A stretch of 16,387 nucleotides of DNA from a bacterium (GTDB taxonomy: Bacteria; JAHJDO01), in contig DAOVHI010000013.1 of assembly GCA_030671985.1 (NCBI GenBank), forward strand, positions 1-16,387. Direction: 5' to 3'. The translations under genes and the position numbers were made by a program. The notes below the pieces were generated by a model. It was not told where the DNA came from. It made no database searches and saw only the letters and a program-made list of their open reading frames with translations. This document shows positions 1-9,047 of the stretch, piece after piece; within the stretch, counting starts at the first letter, position 1, and each line of letters opens with the position of its first letter.

Positions 1-1070
1 AAACCAGTGTCTACGGCCTAATTATTGCTGTCTGTTTCGGATTTGCTTTGATCATGGAATATGTTCTTGACAGGAACCTGCGAAAATCATTGCGTGCGAG
101 AAGAACGGAACTTATTGTCAGTATCGCTATATTTATTCTTGGTATTATTGGTTCAGTTTATCAACTTATACCACCCTCTGACAGCGGAGGAAGAATTTGG
201 GGAATGGATATTGATACAAGACGTATCACACATGTAATTGCAATTCCATGGAAAAGTTTTGTTCCTGTACCGGAATTCATGAATACTGAATTTATTATTT
301 CCACAATACTCCCTTCTCGGATTCCGGCTGTAGTCTTATCTATCATCTTGTTATGTTTCTCTCTTCTGTTTTTTTTGCGAAAATCTGTAGTGTTTTTTTT
401 GTATTCTTCCACGACCGTTGGGCTTTTAATTTTTTCCTATTTTATACATTTTGGAGAATTAAGACATCACGGACACCTGTTTATCTTGCTTGTTGCATGT
501 TTATGGATTTCATGTTATTACCCCGATATAGAGTTAAAATCGCAGCTATTTAATAGTTTAGCCGGATTTTGCAAAAAACATAAAAACGGGTTTATTGTGG
601 TAATTCTATCCATCCATCTCGTCTTTGGTTTTGCTGCAAGCGCAGTGGATTGGTTTTATCCTTTTTCTGCAAGCAGAGAGGTGGCAAAATTCATTAAAGA
701 CAAACAAATGAACGATATGTTAATGCTTGGAGATATGGATTTTTCAGCGTCTGCTGTAGCCGGCTATCTTAACCGCCGAATTTATTACACTCAGAGTAAT
801 AGGTTCGGCTCTTTCACCATCTGGAATAACAAAAGAGGCGACCACAGCGCGCAAGAAATTCTTAAAAAAGCTCAGGAACTCTCGCTACAAAGAAAAGAAG
901 ACATATTGCTTGTCATGAATTACGAACTTGATATATCCTCTGCCCTAAATCCTATTGTTAAAATTAAAGAATTTAAAAAAAGCATTGTGCCGAATGAGAA
1001 ATATTATCTATATCTCATGAGTTACGATATAGGGAGAACGCCATGTCGGATCAAAAAACAGCTATTATAA
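1..1070 (+). CDS. Multi-pass integral membrane protein with C-terminal soluble domain. Probably 5'-partial: the frame is open to the window edge and the upstream residues are hydrophobic. Internal starts: TTG at 48, ATG at 54.
   Basis: 340-aa ORF from 48. No in-frame stop between position 3 and 48, and the upstream translation (..[20 protein letters not shown]) reads as a TM helix. Several hydrophobic segments follow. The first loop after TM1 carries an acidic MDIDTRR motif. The C-terminal ~150 aa are hydrophilic. Overlaps the next gene by 28 nt. Confidence 0.5.
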   Translation, partial: TSVYGLIIAVCFGFALIMEYVLDRNLRKSLRARRTELIVSIAIFILGIIGSVYQLIPPSDSGGRIWGMDIDTRRITHVIAIPWKSFVPVPEFMNTEFIISTILPSRIPAVVLSIILLCFSLLFFLRKSVVFFLYSSTTVGLLIFSYFIHFGELRHHGHLFILLVACLWISCYYPDIELKSQLFNSLAGFCKKHKNGFIVVILSIHLVFGFAASAVDWFYPFSASREVAKFIKDKQMNDMLMLGDMDFSASAVAGYLNRRIYYTQSNRFGSFTIWNNKRGDHSAQEILKKAQELSLQRKEDILLVMNYELDISSALNPIVKIKEFKKSIVPNEKYYLYLMSYDIGRTPCRIKKQLL

Positions 1071-2527
1071 TTGGGGCAGGTCCTGCAGGTTTGACCGCGG
1101 CTTATGAACTGCTGAATAAAACAAATATCAAACCTATTATCTATGAGATGACAGAAGATATTGGCGGTATTTCCAAGACAATAAATTATAAAGGGAATAG
1201 AATAGACATAGGAGGACACAGATTCTTTTCCAAATCTGACAGAGTTATGCAGTGGTGGCGGAATATCCTTCCATCACAAATGTTAATTCGCACCCGGCTT
1301 TCAAGAATTTTTTTTCTGAGAAAATTATTTAATTATCCTGTTTCGTTGAATCTCAACACCGTTTTAAATCTTGGATTTATGCGAATTTTCAAGATAGGTT
1401 TGAGCTATACCAAAATACGGCTTTTCCCAATAAAAAACGAGGGATCTCTCGAAGACTTTTTTATCAACAGATTCGGCAAAGAGTTGTATCTTACGTTCTT
1501 TAAAGACTATACGGAAAAGGTTTGGGGAATTTCTTGTAATAAAATCAGACCTGAATGGGGCAGGCAAAGAATAAAGGGTTTGTCTATTAGTAAAGCGATT
1601 CTTCATGCTGTGAAAAGTGTTTTTTCAAAGGACTCTTCCGTTACGCAGAAGAATACGGAAACCAGTTTAATTGGACAATTTATGTATCCTAAACTGGGTC
1701 CGGGTCAGATGTGGGAACAAGTCGCTGAAGTTATTAAAAAGAAAGGTGGAGAAATATATTTAAATCATAAAGTGATCGGTCTTAAACAGCATGACAATAA
1801 AATAGTGGAAGCTGTTGTAAAAGAGAAAACTGCTAACGAACCGACAACTAAAACAGTAGATTATTTTTTCTCAACAATGCCTGTTAAAGAATTAATACAA
1901 TCACTTCAAAATGGCGTGTCACAAGAAGTTCGTCACGCGGCAAACGGATTAATATATCGTGATTTTATGACAGTTGGCTTACTTCTAAGGAAGCTAAAAA
2001 TAAAGAATAAAACGAGAATAAAAACCATTAATAATATTATTCCCGATAACTGGATCTATATTCAGGAAAGAGATGTAGAACTTGGCAGGCTTCAGATATT
2101 TAATAACTGGAGTCCTTATATGGTTAAAGACAAAAATACCATATGGATTGGATTGGAATATTTTTGCAATGAAGGAGATGAACTGTGGAATAAGACGGAT
2201 GAGAGTTTTGCGGAATTCGCAATTAATGAACTAGCTAAAATCGGTATTATAGAAAAAGAAGATGTGCTTGATAAAGTTGTTATTCGAATGCCAAAAACTT
2301 ATCCGGCTTATTTTGGGGCATATGACCAATTTCATGTGGTCAGAGACTTCGTCGATAAATTTGAAAACCTGTTTTTAATAGGCAGAAACGGTATGCATAG
2401 GTATAATAATCAGGATCATTCTATGCTTACGGCGATGACGGCTGTTGAAAATATTATCAATAATATCAAATCTAAGCACAATATTTGGGCTGTTAATACG
2501 GAAGATGAATATCATGAAGAAAAATAA
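1043..2527 (+). CDS. FAD/NAD(P)-binding oxidoreductase (amine-oxidase/PPOX/UDP-galactopyranose-mutase-like Rossmann superfamily), a type common in polysaccharide loci.
   Basis: N-terminal dinucleotide-binding fingerprint [17 protein letters not shown]...E...GG...GGHRFF. GGGAG SD 6 nt before the ATG. TAA stop. 494 aa. Confidence 0.75.
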   Translation: MSDQKTAIIIGAGPAGLTAAYELLNKTNIKPIIYEMTEDIGGISKTINYKGNRIDIGGHRFFSKSDRVMQWWRNILPSQMLIRTRLSRIFFLRKLFNYPVSLNLNTVLNLGFMRIFKIGLSYTKIRLFPIKNEGSLEDFFINRFGKELYLTFFKDYTEKVWGISCNKIRPEWGRQRIKGLSISKAILHAVKSVFSKDSSVTQKNTETSLIGQFMYPKLGPGQMWEQVAEVIKKKGGEIYLNHKVIGLKQHDNKIVEAVVKEKTANEPTTKTVDYFFSTMPVKELIQSLQNGVSQEVRHAANGLIYRDFMTVGLLLRKLKIKNKTRIKTINNIIPDNWIYIQERDVELGRLQIFNNWSPYMVKDKNTIWIGLEYFCNEGDELWNKTDESFAEFAINELAKIGIIEKEDVLDKVVIRMPKTYPAYFGAYDQFHVVRDFVDKFENLFLIGRNGMHRYNNQDHSMLTAMTAVENIINNIKSKHNIWAVNTEDEYHEEK

Positions 2528-2576
2528 ATGCTATTCATTTGTAATGGAAGCTGGTTTATTATAAAATTCGAAAATC

Positions 2577-3983
2577 ATGAATATTTTACTTTGTACTTTA
2601 CCTGAGGTGTGTGTTTCAAAAGATTATTTGCCTCACCTTTCTCTGCTATACGTTGCAGCTCAGGCAGAAAAAGGCGGGCATAAAGTTAAAATAATAGATT
2701 CGCACATTGAAGGACTGACTACCGATAATCTTGTAAAAACCATAATTCAAGAGCAACCGGATATTTTGGGAGTGACAGCTACTTCTCACAATCGTTTCGA
2801 GGTAATAAAGGTCTTGAAAAAGGCAAAACAGTTCTTGCCTGAAACTATCACAGTTGCGGGAGGGGTGCATTTCACAATTACTGCAGAGGATGCTTTAAAA
2901 TGCATTCCTGAATTAGATGTAATAGTTTTATGGGAAGGAGAATATATTTTTTACAATCTGGCAAATACCATACAAGGTGGCGGGAGTTTTGATAGCGTAA
3001 ACGGAATTGCTTTTCGTAAAGATTCAGGGGAAATTATTTTTACTAAGCCGTCTACATTTATTCACAATTTAGACGATTTAACGCCAGCATGGCATCTTAT
3101 TGATATGGATAAATATCAAGCTAGATTAGAGGGGACTTATGATACAAGGGCTATTGGTGTGATGAGTGCAAGAGGGTGCCCGTCTTCCTCCGTTTTCTGC
3201 TCCAATTCTATATGGGGCAAAAAAAGCTACAGAATGAAATCTCCTCTTAAATTTGTCGATGAAATAGAATTTCTCTACAAAAAGTATGGTTTTAAGGGAT
3301 TCGATTTTTGGGACGATACCTTAACTTTGAGCAAAAACCATATTTTGGGTATTTGTGACGAAATTTTACGAAGGGAACTCAAAATAGAATGGTATGCAAG
3401 AGCAAGGGTAAACACAGTCAATAAAGAAATCCTTCTTTCAATGAAAAGAGCTGGATGTGTGGCCATTGGTTATGGGATTGAATCAGGCAGCCCAAAGGTG
3501 CTGGAAGCAATAAAGAAAAAAATAACTATAAGTCAAATAAAACAGGCTGTAAAAGATACTGCGGATATTGGAATAATTAGTAAAAATTTCTTTATGTTCA
3601 GCCTGCCGAAAGAGCAAGAAGAAGATATTTTAATGACTATAAATTTGATGAAAGAATTAGTCTCTTATTCATCAACTGTCACTACCCCTTATGCTTTAAC
3701 ACTTATTTATCCTGGAACAGAGCTTGAAAAATTAGCAAAATCAAGGGGAATCTTATCTCAAAATTTTTCGTGGAATACTTATACTGAATTTTCAAAATCA
3801 AGGCTTTATGGAGAGAACAAAACCATTCCATTTTATGAGGAACAACTTAGTTTAGAAAAAGTTAAATCAATACTTAGGCGCAATCTTGTTTCCAAAGGAG
3901 ATTTCTTTCAAAAAGCAAAACGAAGACTTTCGCGTATTAGAAATTTTCATGATATTTTAAGTTCATTTAAAGCTTTTAGATAA
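2577..3983 (+). CDS. B12-binding-domain radical SAM protein (class-B-like), paralog of 10873-12345, with a degenerate Fe-S motif CPSSSVFC (CxxxSxxC).
   Basis: N-terminal Rossmann-like B12-binding segment (MNILLCTLPE...GHKVKIIDSHIEG). Aligns along its length with the second radical SAM ORF (GIAFRKDSGEII / GIAFRDTDGKIV; MDKY; GYGIESGS). The radical-SAM cysteine triad position reads tgc ccg tct tcc tcc gtt ttc tgc (3177-3200). The middle Cys is replaced by Ser (tcc at 3189-3191). Confidence 0.75.
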   Translation: MNILLCTLPEVCVSKDYLPHLSLLYVAAQAEKGGHKVKIIDSHIEGLTTDNLVKTIIQEQPDILGVTATSHNRFEVIKVLKKAKQFLPETITVAGGVHFTITAEDALKCIPELDVIVLWEGEYIFYNLANTIQGGGSFDSVNGIAFRKDSGEIIFTKPSTFIHNLDDLTPAWHLIDMDKYQARLEGTYDTRAIGVMSARGCPSSSVFCSNSIWGKKSYRMKSPLKFVDEIEFLYKKYGFKGFDFWDDTLTLSKNHILGICDEILRRELKIEWYARARVNTVNKEILLSMKRAGCVAIGYGIESGSPKVLEAIKKKITISQIKQAVKDTADIGIISKNFFMFSLPKEQEEDILMTINLMKELVSYSSTVTTPYALTLIYPGTELEKLAKSRGILSQNFSWNTYTEFSKSRLYGENKTIPFYEEQLSLEKVKSILRRNLVSKGDFFQKAKRRLSRIRNFHDILSSFKAFR

Positions 3984-4061
3984 TTAAGGCGCTTTGTTTC
4001 TTGGGATCGAGTCGGTTTTTTTAATATAAGTGCGATAGGTTAATCGTCAGGCTGGATGTTT

Positions 4062-4137
4062 ATGAAATTTTTACGGAGATTTATTTTAAAATTCATAGGA
4101 CAGAATAAGCTTAAGAGAACATTAATTAAGAACATAA
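4062..4137 (+). pseudogene. Remnant of the 5' end of a Wzx-type flippase gene (~25 codons). Divergent direct repeat of 5668-5743.
   Basis: atg aaa ttt tta cgg aga ttt att tta aaa ttc ata gga cag aat aag ctt aag aga aca tta att aag aac encodes MKFLRRFILKFIGQNKLKRTLIKN. The intact flippase starts MGYLKKFILKFIGQNKLKRTLVKH. Over the core 4077-4133 vs 5683-5739 the nucleotide identity is ~89%. Similarity stops exactly at the 3' end of the minus-strand gene (4138). Confidence 0.55.
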
Positions 4138-5568
4138 CTATATTATTTGCTTTTTTGTCTGTCTATTGATTTTACAAAAAACTATTATACATATAGCCCA
4201 GATAGCTAAAATAGGTATAAATTCAAACATCCATGTCTTTTTGAACAATATTGAGAATAAATTAGCTTCAAAATATATATATATACTGGAGTCCGATAAA
4301 CAATGAAATATATTATGATAAAACATAGTATCTTTCTGGTGTGTAAGAAGATCTGTTCCAGTTGCAAATAGCATTAAAATACTTGACATCCCTGCAAGAG
4401 TAGTAAAAATTGATGTTAATATTTTTGATTTTAGCTTTGCTACTCCGTATATCGCCAAAATACACAGAAACGGAATAGCTGTTATTAGAAAGCGCTCTGC
4501 GAAAAATTTAAATGAAGAATAGAATAATATCACAGCTACTGAAATAGTAATAAAAAAGAGAAATTCTCTCTTCTTTTTGCTTTTTAACCCAAAATAAACG
4601 CCGAAGAAAGCAAATAACAGAAATGGATGCATTATAAATATCCCCCTTTTTAGCCCGAAGGTTAACTTAATAATTCTATTCAAATTAGTAAGCTTGATGC
4701 CGCTAATCCCCTGAGCGTGGTGTTTTGCAAAATAATGAAGGTATTCATAGTTGTAGCCTGTTTTTAGAGGGTTGCCAAAACAGCCGTAGTGATATATACA
4801 CAGTATTATGATGGACAAACACACGGGAAAAGCTAGATACGCAAGTAGTTTAATTGACTTAGTGGTAGTAAACAAATAGCCAAATATAAATACAGCAAAA
4901 ACCATCATAGGATATTCGCACAAAATAGCCAGCCCTAATAAAGAACCACTCAAGAAAATTTTAGATTTGTTAATTTCTTTGATATTTGCGCTCTTAATTA
5001 AAATATAAAATGCTGTAAAAAAAAGAAAACCTGCAACGTGATGCGCGTAAAACATATTTGAGTAGAAAAAGACGATAGTTCCAAGACTGTAACTCATAGT
5101 TCCCAAGATAGACAATCTGATATCGTTGAGAAACATATTAACTGCTCTGTAAAAGATCACCCCCATTATTGCCGATTGGATTATAACTACGAAAAAAGTC
5201 GGAATATAGATTTTGAATATATAATCAACCAGAGCTGAAGATGACCGGAATAATTTGGATATCTTTGATGCTATGAAATAAAATTGCACGCCAAAAAATG
5301 AAATTCCGGGGGCTTTGTCCGTATAAAAATGGCCTTTATAAAATGCCTTATCCCCTGTATTTTCGTGATAGTCGTCAATGCTAAGCGAGTGATTCTCAAC
5401 TATTGACCAGACAAGGTCAAGTCTTGTTCCACTGTTCCAGTCAAGTTTCCTAAAAAAGTAGCCATAGGATATAATAAGCACAACAAAAATTAAAAGTTCA
5501 ATCTTATGGACTTTTGTGAGATACATAAATATATAGTGTAGGAATTTTCTTTTTTCCCTCTCTGTCAA
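4138..5568 (-). CDS. Large polytopic membrane protein, putative GT-C-fold (polyprenyl-phosphate-sugar dependent) glycosyltransferase.
   Basis: 476 aa with ~10+ hydrophobic segments. The first extracytoplasmic loop carries an acidic motif SIDDYHENTGD...GHFYTDKAPG typical of GT-C enzymes. TAG stop at 4138. Start is a TTG at 5568 (first ATG is 14 codons in, ~5526). No clear SD, so the start is uncertain. Confidence 0.55.
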   Translation of the reverse strand: MTEREKRKFLHYIFMYLTKVHKIELLIFVVLIISYGYFFRKLDWNSGTRLDLVWSIVENHSLSIDDYHENTGDKAFYKGHFYTDKAPGISFFGVQFYFIASKISKLFRSSSALVDYIFKIYIPTFFVVIIQSAIMGVIFYRAVNMFLNDIRLSILGTMSYSLGTIVFFYSNMFYAHHVAGFLFFTAFYILIKSANIKEINKSKIFLSGSLLGLAILCEYPMMVFAVFIFGYLFTTTKSIKLLAYLAFPVCLSIIILCIYHYGCFGNPLKTGYNYEYLHYFAKHHAQGISGIKLTNLNRIIKLTFGLKRGIFIMHPFLLFAFFGVYFGLKSKKKREFLFFITISVAVILFYSSFKFFAERFLITAIPFLCILAIYGVAKLKSKILTSIFTTLAGMSSILMLFATGTDLLTHQKDTMFYHNIFHCLSDSSIYIYFEANLFSILFKKTWMFEFIPILAIWAICIIVFCKINRQTKKQII

Positions 5569-5575
5569 GAGAGGG
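5556..5575. promoter_or_regulatory. Perfect 7-bp inverted repeat (ccctctc-tgtcaa-gagaggg) at the 5' end of the minus-strand gene, inside the divergent intergenic region.
   Basis: ccctctc (5556-5562) and gagaggg (5569-5575) are exact reverse complements with a 6-nt spacer. It overlaps the annotated TTG start (5566-5568). Confidence 0.35.
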
Positions 5576-5653
5576 TCAGGGTGAGTTTAATTTCTGCCAA
5601 TATAGCATTGCTCAATTCGGCTGTCAAATTATGGAAATTTAATTCATTTCTGC

Positions 5654-5659
5654 TATAAT
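5654..5659 (+). promoter_or_regulatory. Candidate -10 box (TATAAT) 8 nt upstream of the flippase ATG.
   Basis: tgctataatgcagcgatATG. Exact consensus hexamer. No SD between it and the ATG, suggesting a very short leader or leaderless mRNA. Confidence 0.3.
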
Positions 5660-5667
5660 GCAGCGAT

Positions 5668-6984
5668 ATGGGATACCTGAAGAAATTCATTTTAAAATTC
5701 ATAGGACAGAACAAGCTTAAAAGAACGTTAGTTAAGCACGCCGGCTTTATGTTTGGAGGTGATATCGCGACAAGGGTATTCAGGTTGTTGATAATTCTTA
5801 TTCTTGGCAAAATATTATCTTCTAATGAATATGGTCAGTTGTTTGAAGCAATGGCGGCAGTTCTTGTAATAAGTGAACTTATTGATATTAGAATTGGAGA
5901 GGCGGTTACCAAGTTTGCAACAGATTACCTCATAAAAAACCGGAAGGATAAAGCGTTAAGCATTATTAAAATAGGATATTTAGTAGACGCGCTTTTAGGA
6001 ATATTATGCTTTTGTGTTGTTATGTTGATCGGAGATATTATAGCGCAAAAGGTATTTCACGGACATTTATCTTCAAGACTGATAAAGATCTACGCTTTGG
6101 CTCCTCTTCTCTCAACAGTTAATGGTACTTCCCTCGCAGTAATTCAAACATTTAAAAAATTTAAGATAATGAGTATATTTAACGCGTCAAGCGCGTTTGC
6201 GAGGTTTGTTTTTCCCGTAGGACTTGCCTGTTTTGGTTTGGAATACATAATGTTTGGCTATGTTCTGGCAGCATTTATTCCCGGAGTATTTCTGTCGATC
6301 ATTGTTTTAAGACTTCTGAGAACAGAATTCGGTAATATCAAAGCATCAAATATTATGTCCGAAGTGAGAAAAATTTTGCCATTTACCTTTCACACAACAG
6401 TTTCCGTTACTTTTAAATCTGTTATCAGGCAGATGGATGTGGTGTTGTTAGGGTTTTTTAAATCCCCGGAAATAGTCGCCTATTACAAAATAGCTCTTGC
6501 GTATGTTAATACGCTCGGATTTGTAACAGGTCCTGTCGGCACAGTTATCTATCCGACTCTAACTTCTTTGTGGGCGGAGAAAAACATTTTGATGTATAAA
6601 AAGATACTTAAAAAAATAAGCATCACAATGATCCTTGTGTCCTGCGCAGGAGCCGCTGTTATGGTTATTGCTGGACCTTATGTTTTTAAAATATGGAAAC
6701 CTGAATATCTTAAATCAATGCCGGCAATACGAATAATGATATTTGCTATCATACTATCCAATGTATTTTGCTGGACGAGGTCTACAATTTTATCTGTAGG
6801 AAAGCCATATATATCTACGGTCAGTAATATAAGCGGTGCATTCACGCTTGTTCTTGCGGCCTTTCTACTTGTTCCACGGCTGGGGCTCATGGGTATGGCG
6901 ATTACTTATGTGTTGGCGTATATTGTAATAATTTTGATTGCGTTAATAATGCTTAGAAAGACTGTCTTTAATTATGAAATTTAA
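5668..6984 (+). CDS. wzx: Oligosaccharide/polysaccharide flippase (Wzx-like, MOP/PST family).
   Basis: 438 aa, 12-14 predicted TM segments. Characteristic N-terminus (...LKRTLVKHAGFMFGGDIATRVFRLLIILILGKILSSNEYGQ). Stop TAA overlaps the next gene's ATG (aattATGaaatTTAA). Confidence 0.8.
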   Translation: MGYLKKFILKFIGQNKLKRTLVKHAGFMFGGDIATRVFRLLIILILGKILSSNEYGQLFEAMAAVLVISELIDIRIGEAVTKFATDYLIKNRKDKALSIIKIGYLVDALLGILCFCVVMLIGDIIAQKVFHGHLSSRLIKIYALAPLLSTVNGTSLAVIQTFKKFKIMSIFNASSAFARFVFPVGLACFGLEYIMFGYVLAAFIPGVFLSIIVLRLLRTEFGNIKASNIMSEVRKILPFTFHTTVSVTFKSVIRQMDVVLLGFFKSPEIVAYYKIALAYVNTLGFVTGPVGTVIYPTLTSLWAEKNILMYKKILKKISITMILVSCAGAAVMVIAGPYVFKIWKPEYLKSMPAIRIMIFAIILSNVFCWTRSTILSVGKPYISTVSNISGAFTLVLAAFLLVPRLGLMGMAITYVLAYIVIILIALIMLRKTVFNYEI

Positions 6985-8170
6985 AATAATCTATCCGGCA
7001 AACATCAGGTTTCCAATGGAGCGGGCAAATGCCATTCAAATAATACATACATGCCATGCTCTGGCAAATAAAGGCGTGAAAGTATATCTGTTAGTAAGAA
7101 AAATGGATAATAGAACCACTGAAGAGTGTCTGGAATTTTATGGATTAAAATCTCACACTAATTTACATATAATCAGATTACCTGTTTTGAATATCCACGG
7201 GCATTTTATTTGGAATTACTCATTTTACTTATTGTGCTTTTTAAGTATATTCTGTCTCTCGGTATTCAAAAATATTAGAAAGATATACCTGCGTGAGATT
7301 GGTGTGGCAAGATATCTATTAATGATTAAGAGTCTATTAAGGTGTGAATTATTATATGAAACTCACACGATACAATCTATGGAACAAAAAGAAATAGAGA
7401 AATTATTATTTGACGGGATTACTCCTGATAAGAATAGACTGGACAAAATCTTAAAAAAAGAAACAAAAGTTCTAACAAATGTGGACAAACTGATAGCAAT
7501 TTCTGAGAGCTTGAAAAGCGCCATAAGGAAGCACCTTAGTGTTTCCAGAAGAATCACAACAATACCCGATGGGGCGTTAATTTCCGACGTTCGGGAGAGA
7601 GTTTTTTCTAAGAAGCTGAATAACAGAAATATAATCTATGTTGGGCAATTATATCTATGGAAGGGAGTTGACATCCTGATAAAGGCATTAAAGAAAATAC
7701 CCGATGCCACGCTGACAATTGTTGGCGGACTTTCTTACGAAAATGATATATGTAGATTGAAAAAGCTTGCGGAAGAGATTGGGGTGAAAAGCCGAGTACA
7801 ATTTAAAGGATTTGTTCCTCACAGATATATTAAAAAACATTTAATGGCTGCGGATGTTGGAATTATTCCATTGACTGATAATGTAATGAGCAGATACTTT
7901 ACGTCTCCTTTGAAAATGTTTGAATATATGTCAGCAGGAATACCAATAGTTGCATCAGATCTTCCAACAATAAAAGAAGTGCTTACGGATCATGAAAATG
8001 CCGTACTTGTTAAGCCGGGAGACACAAAAAATCTGGCGCTAGGGATTGAAGGATTGCTTAATGATCAGGAATTTGCAAACAAGTTATCTAGAAAAGCTTA
8101 TGAAGATGTTAAGCAGTATAGCTGGGATATGAGAGCTGAAAGAATAATAGGTGTACTTAATGAAAATTAG
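6974..8170 (+). CDS. Glycosyltransferase family 4 (GT-B, retaining; 'group 1' glycosyltransferase).
   Basis: C-terminal EX7E-type motif region (FTSPLKMFEYMSAGIPIVASDLPTIKEVL). Typical GT4 N-terminus (KIIYPANIRFPMERANAIQIIHTCHALANKG). The N-domain contains a hydrophobic insert (FYLLCFLSIFCLSVF). TAG stop. Confidence 0.85.
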   Translation: MKFKIIYPANIRFPMERANAIQIIHTCHALANKGVKVYLLVRKMDNRTTEECLEFYGLKSHTNLHIIRLPVLNIHGHFIWNYSFYLLCFLSIFCLSVFKNIRKIYLREIGVARYLLMIKSLLRCELLYETHTIQSMEQKEIEKLLFDGITPDKNRLDKILKKETKVLTNVDKLIAISESLKSAIRKHLSVSRRITTIPDGALISDVRERVFSKKLNNRNIIYVGQLYLWKGVDILIKALKKIPDATLTIVGGLSYENDICRLKKLAEEIGVKSRVQFKGFVPHRYIKKHLMAADVGIIPLTDNVMSRYFTSPLKMFEYMSAGIPIVASDLPTIKEVLTDHENAVLVKPGDTKNLALGIEGLLNDQEFANKLSRKAYEDVKQYSWDMRAERIIGVLNEN

Positions 8171-9047
8171 ACATATGATCAAGAAGAATGTTTTATATTC
8201 ATTAAATGCGTTGCTATTGGCGTTCTCTTCTTTTCCTGAAATTCACAGAGAGAAACCAATTAACATGAATTTTGTCTTCCATACCGAAGCAATAGCGAAT
8301 AAAAAAACATTTGGTAAACTCATGGATTTCTGCAGGAGGTTTCTTGACCATACTAATGCAAAAGTAACTTTATGCATTACAACTCCATTCTGTTCTCAAA
8401 CACAGCGTCAGTTAGATGAATTCAATATCACTATCGGAGAGTACGAGAAGAGGGTAAAAAACATATCTGAATTTGCTGAGATCGGATATCACGGGCACTT
8501 TTTTATGGATTCGGCAGGTACAGTACCGATAAATCATTTGAACTATAATTCTAGATTTATTAGGGAGCAGATGCGCGCAGAATTTAAATGGATTAAAGAG
8601 CAGGGAATAAGCCCAATTACCTATGTTGCAGGATGGTGGTTTCTTACAGATGGTATCATAAAGCAATTGGAGGATCTTGGTATAAAAGTTGACTGCTCTA
8701 TACGCAGAAATCACACAAATACATTTGGTGAAAAATTCATTAAGGATGATAATATCCCTCAGAGAGGAGAACCTTTCATCCTTTCTCCGTCGCAGAAGAT
8801 AATAGAGATTCAAAGTGTATTTTATCCTATTCATCATCCAAGACTAACATTGAAGATGCTAAATAATACCTTGAATTTTAGGCTGGATAAGGAACTTTTT
8901 ATAGTTTTTCCCTCTCACGAGGGAGAGCTTTTGGAGTTCAGACGGGAATTCTGGGCAAGTATCAAAATACTTACAAAGCTGAATTACATTAAGTGGACAA
9001 ATCTCGCTGAAATGGATACACTTGCAAGAGCAGAGTGGAAACTATGA
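8160..9047 (+). CDS. Hypothetical protein, possibly a polysaccharide-deacetylase-like (CE4/DUF2334-like) fold. Function uncertain.
   Basis: Start placed at ATG 8160, with AGGTG at 8149-8153 six nt upstream. The ORF track uses GTG 8151. Histidine-containing motifs (FVFHTEA, GYHGHFF, HHPR) loosely resemble NodB-type deacetylase motifs. TGA stop is immediately followed by TAA. Confidence 0.45.
   Translation: MKIRHMIKKNVLYSLNALLLAFSSFPEIHREKPINMNFVFHTEAIANKKTFGKLMDFCRRFLDHTNAKVTLCITTPFCSQTQRQLDEFNITIGEYEKRVKNISEFAEIGYHGHFFMDSAGTVPINHLNYNSRFIREQMRAEFKWIKEQGISPITYVAGWWFLTDGIIKQLEDLGIKVDCSIRRNHTNTFGEKFIKDDNIPQRGEPFILSPSQKIIEIQSVFYPIHHPRLTLKMLNNTLNFRLDKELFIVFPSHEGELLEFRREFWASIKILTKLNYIKWTNLAEMDTLARAEWKL

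Noticed and set aside
3984-4021. Possible intrinsic terminator after the first radical SAM gene (T-run ggttttttt at 4013-4021).
   Set aside because: No convincing GC-rich stem precedes the T-tract. At best it is a weak element, so it is not reported as a terminator.
4273-4285. (TA)6 microsatellite.
   Set aside because: It lies inside the minus-strand membrane-protein CDS (encodes ..IYIYFE..) and is too short to be a meaningful phase-variation tract. It is just AT-rich codon usage.
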